A DNA stretch of 64,000 nucleotides. Origin: Amoebidium appalachense. Its lineage: Eukaryota; Protista; Ichthyosporea. Each line of letters opens with the position of its first letter. Position 1 is the stretch's first letter. Under the pieces are notes generated by a model, which did not search any database, had not been told where the DNA came from, and saw nothing but the letters and a program-made list of their open reading frames with translations. The DNA is taken from assembly GCA_963693365.1 (NCBI GenBank), contig CAVNZM010000002.1:806001-870000 (forward strand), in the 5' to 3' direction. Position numbers and translations under genes: made by a program. Positions 52,254 to 64,000 of the stretch are shown piece after piece.

Positions 52254-53272
52254 GGGGAGATTACACACCGTGCAGTTGGTGCAAGTGAGGGCAGCCTCCG
52301 AGGGGAGGGGGTAAGAGAGTTGGGGGAAGGGGCCCCGGGGGAGGGAGTTAGAACTTATTACAGAGTATAGTTAGCTAGGAGTAAAGTGTTCGGCCACGGG
52401 CAACCAACATGCAGATAATAAATGGAGAAGCACAGGGGAGGCACATGGGAACCATTGCAATGGGGTGTTTATATGGCTTCGGGCCGAAGCACATTAATGT
52501 TTGCAATGCAAATAAACAGTGGCAAAATGTGATGGAGTGCATGCAGGTCATGCCGAGAATCAGGATGGCCCTATTTCTTTCTTTTTTCTTTCCTTTTTTT
52601 TTTTTTTTTTGTTCCCCTTAATTTACTTAACGGGTGGGAATACTATTTCAAATCGGGTGTGGGTGCTTCTAACAGGCTACTGGTGCGCAGTGCACACAGA
52701 CCCAGTACATGTGGAATCTTGGTTGCCGTCTTTCACCCTATGTAGCTAGTGCCGCTATATAGTATAGATATATATCATAGTGTGGCCCTGTGCTGTGTAA
52801 TCGGTCACGGTGTGTGGGGTGTTCAATAATTTGGAGGCTCGGTGAAAGAGCACTATTGGAGATATAGCTGTTTTATTTTTTATTTTTTATTTTATCCCGT
52901 TTCACTCCCGGCGAGGCACTGCCTCAGGGTAGCGCTTACCGTCTTCTTGTAGACACAGATCGTACTGTATAGCACACGGGGTCATAAGTCAGGATTCTAA
53001 TTGACCCCAACTGGCACTATTTTTAGTTACGCCTTATTATCCCACGCAGCAACGCCAGTGGGGAAGTGAGCACAGCTCACTTAAACAACACCAGCCGGGA
53101 GCGACCCGGGACACATACACAAACATGAAGACTTGAAAGGGAAGACCCCATGCCCAGGACGCTGACCCGAACCGTGGGCGGTGACTCGGATTTGTCTCCC
53201 ACTTGAACCAACGTTGGGCCGGGATGCCCATAAGCGGCGCGCCGTCGATGTCAGAGGGCCGGTGCTGTTCAT
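50580..53272 (-). pseudogene. Probable decayed Argonaute N-terminal gene fragment
   Basis: SRPNVGSSGRQIRVTAH-[frameshift]-RVSV..SLH|YDLCLQEDG ... QVYYD|GSSSL ... EALRTPMAYER on GT-AG-bounded pieces, in the order of AGO motifs RPxxGxxGRxIxxxAN.F, YHYDV, YDG.xL and L1 LR. No PAZ/PIWI seen. Confidence 0.45.
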
Positions 53273-53775
53273 TACGTCATGTCTTGCGGCCGGATGATAA
53301 CAAATTGGTGGTGCTGCTTGACGCGTGGTCTGGGGTGATGGCTACTAGGGCCGGTGGACCGTCGATCGAGGCAGAACAAAATCGGAAGTAACCAGGATCG
53401 ATCCTAGGCCTGCGACTTTGAGCTTGACACGCAGAGATCTTACCATTGCACCAACCCGCCCCCCGGAGATATAGCTGTTGGTGCAGAATGATTTTGGCTA
53501 TACAGAACTGATGTACTCTGTGATCAGCAACATGATCGGACTATCGTTGCAGCGGCTGAGCCACTGGGATGGTGTGTTGCACCCTCACGTGCCGCGCGTG
53601 CCTGCGAGCGTGCGTGCACACACACACACACACAAGTGCACACACAAATAACGCTCAAGCTTAGCCAACAGCACTTCAAACCGTTCTCCCGTGCTCGTAG
53701 GCCCTATTATCCCTTTTTCGAGGCTCCCTTAGTCATAGTATCCCCATCACCCTCTCTTCCCATCATCACTTTGCA

Positions 53776-53896
<121 letters not shown>

Positions 53897-54660
53897 CCAC
53901 TTTCACCACCCCTTCTACCCGATATATATATCATAGTATAATCCCCCCCCCCCCCCCCCCCCCCCCCTCTAGGCCTCCTTCCCCGCTTTGAAAAATCAGG
54001 GTTTTCCCACCGGCACACGCCTGCGGGCCTAGTAACAATTAACACTTTCCCCCTGGTCACTTGGGTTTTTAACCCACCAGACTGCAATTCCATTACTTCC
54101 TTGTTCTTCGCTTCGGTATCAACCACATGCGCACATTCCCCCCAACCCGAAACACCCGAGTGATAATAATATCGATACTCCCCATAAAAATCTGCCTGGT
54201 TAAAGTTTTTCCTCCGAGTCCTCCCCCCTCCCATCCCCCCACGCCCACTCCCCCCCCCCCCCCCCCCCCTCCCCCCCCCCTCCCATCGGTTCTCCACCCC
54301 GACCACCCTCCTCACTTCGGGGCCAACATTCTCTCGTGATCGCAAGGCTAACGTTAACACGCATCCAGATGAAGCTTACTTTCACCAGTGTCAGTACTAG
54401 CGCCCTATTCCATATGCCGGATCTTTGATGTGTAGCAATGTTGAGTGAAGACTTAAATACGACTCACATCAGTACCCAGCACGACCAGCGTGTCTGAGTT
54501 ATAAAAATATTATCTTTCATTGCAAGCAGGTTTAATGATAGCTCAAATTGTGGCTGATGCTCCCGGAACAACTACTAACACTACGGTAAATAAGTAGGAA
54601 GCAATTCTACTTGTATGCGTCTATGTATGGTATAGAATCACGAGCGAGACTCGGCCAGTT

Positions 54661-54951
54661 TCAGTTTGTTCTCACAACCTTCAAGTAGTGTTTCTTAACA
54701 CCCAAACCAGAAAGTGCACCGGCAAGGGGACACACAAAAGCAGTGCCGGTAGTGCCTAGAGCCGGAGCCAATATAGCGGTGCAGACCAGAGTCACCTTGG
54801 TGGTGGTGGATATGGCAGCCAGGGCAGAAACTATGTTTCGGCGAGATAGCTCGTTGACGACAGGCGCACCAACAGCTCGGGTGGCCTGTGATGATAGGGG
54901 CGCGGTGCGAGCTCCGAGTTTAGTGGCTGCGAAGCCGGCACGAGACGCCAT
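54661..54951 (-). CDS. Small intronless ORF (96 aa), possible mitochondrial membrane microprotein
   Basis: aaaacATGG start; Ala/Arg/Ser-rich, nearly acid-free N-terminus followed by a hydrophobic Gly/Ala segment and basic tail; head-to-head with SETD3. Confidence 0.5.
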   Translation of the reverse strand: MASRAGFAATKLGARTAPLSSQATRAVGAPVVNELSRRNIVSALAAISTTTKVTLVCTAILAPALGTTGTAFVCPLAGALSGLGVKKHYLKVVRTN

Positions 54952-55359
54952 GTTTTCTGGTTGGGGAAGTGCTACACCGATTCAATAAGATAATTTAGTG
55001 TTTAAATGAAGAAAGTGACCGAGTTGCAAATTCAAGAGGGTACACGTGCTTGCAGATCATATGCTCATACGGCGATGTCTGTAATAATAACGCTGAGTGG
55101 CTCTCCACGAAAGCGTGTAGTTTTTCAGTGCTAGTGAATCTGGTTGCACTCGGTTTATATCATGTATGCATCCACGAGCGGTGAAAAAAGCACGCTTCAT
55201 AGCTCTTGTGTAGTGGTTCTGACTTGGAATTCCTTTTTTTTTTTCTCGGTTGATGTGGATCTGTGTGATGTGCAGACTCAGCTGCAGAGGTCAAGACTGT
55301 GGCTTATTACGAGATTTACAACTGTGTGAGCCGTTTATATACCCTGCAGCCTTCTGGTC

Positions 55360-55500
55360 CTGACGGTTTGATTGGGTCCTGCATTCGCGGCTACTACGAT
55401 TGGCTGGATCTGCACCCTACTGGTTTCGTAAGCCTTCGTTTATTGGGCGATCTCCCTATCAACCCGATTCTTATTTCTGATTGGCACATACGGAACCGAT
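55360..55500. promoter_or_regulatory. CCAAT cluster between the small ORF and SETD3
   Basis: ATTGG near 55371, 55399, 55442, 55480. Confidence 0.45.
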
Positions 55501-56008
55501 TGCTGGCATGGAACCCCAAAGCTAGTTTAGGGAGTGCTTCGCATAAAGACAAATTACAGTCAAATGCTTTTAGAAGGACGTAAGGCTCTCCAGAATCCAT
55601 ACCGGAAATCTAACGGAACTGCTTTCCATTTCCACTACCGTGCTGCTATATATACTTGCTACTGTTACAAATTAGTAAATACAATGGTTGTCATTGATTG
55701 AATGTGATTTTGTACCAAACTTTCAAAGACATATTTTTGGAGTTGCTCCCTAAACTTTATAATTTGTATAAGTACTTGCATATCTTTCCGTCGAATAAAT
55801 CCAGTCAAAGAAAAAAAAAAAAAAAAAAGTTCGCATAAAGACATCGACAAACGCCCCCCCCAAGAGGAGGTTCCCGGAGTCATTTTCGCGCCAGCCAGGC
55901 TGAACCGGCAACAACAGCTCAGTGACAACAACCCCTTCAGTCTGTCAGTTTGCTATACTTTTGTCTATAGCCGGAGTATCTTGTGTACACACACTCTTTG
56001 TAACCACG

Positions 56009-63548
<7,540 letters not shown>

Positions 63549-63562
63549 GTATGTCCCCCCTC

Positions 63563-63593
<31 letters not shown>

Positions 63594-64000
63594 ACCCCCC
63601 CCCCCCCCTCCCCCCATTTGCCACTCTTCCCCCCTTTTTTTACTTTTCAAGGCAAAAAAATGATGGATGACAAATAGGTGGACGTTTATTTGGTGTTCAG
63701 AAAGAACAATGAGAATGGAAATACGAATGACGGGGCTGAATCCTAAATGCTTAAAAGCCCCCCATTTTTCAGTTGTCCCCCCCCCCCCCCCCCCCTCTCC
63801 CCCCCCCCCCCCCCCCCCCACACACACACAAAACCCTCCTTCCTCCCTCCCTCCTTTTACCCCCTTCCCTCTCCCCCCCCCCCAAAAAAAAAATTGAATT
63901 AAAAATAGAAAATAAAATAAACCTCAAGCCCTCTCTGTTTCCCATGTAAAGCATAATTCCCCTCCCCTCCACAGCACACACACACACACACACCACACCA

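Overview
Eukaryotic (opisthokont) nuclear DNA. EF-1alpha carries the animal/fungal insertion, and the genes look like those of a unicellular holozoan; the taxon is an inference. The window is saturated with C/G homopolymer runs of about 25-35 nt and with (CA)n, (GT)n and (CT)n microsatellites, so almost all ORFs in the supplied track are low-complexity artefacts. Genes traced exon by exon: the 3' part of a small membrane-protein gene (+, 551-2461), intronless EF-1alpha (-), an apparently intronless ORF resembling a bacterial permuted papain-fold toxin domain (-, 11185-12309), a 32-exon WDR11 (-, 14698-40081) with tRNA-Ala(AGC) in its last intron, exportin-T (+, 43767-49413), a probable decayed Argonaute N-terminal remnant (-, ~50.6-53.3 kb), a small mitochondrial-type ORF (-, 54661-54951) and SETD3 (+, from 56009, running off the window). 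Four observations stand out. (1) A structured 400-bp SINE-like family has about 13 copies or fragments that share a 3' end ...CATTCAAA joined to poly(C) rather than poly(A) and are variably 5'-truncated. (2) Sense-strand poly(C) tracts sit directly behind many 5' splice sites. (3) SETD3 has a U12-type AT-AC intron that lacks the simple repeats. (4) The toxin-like gene is a candidate horizontal acquisition. All homology calls are from memory of the protein families; no searches were run.
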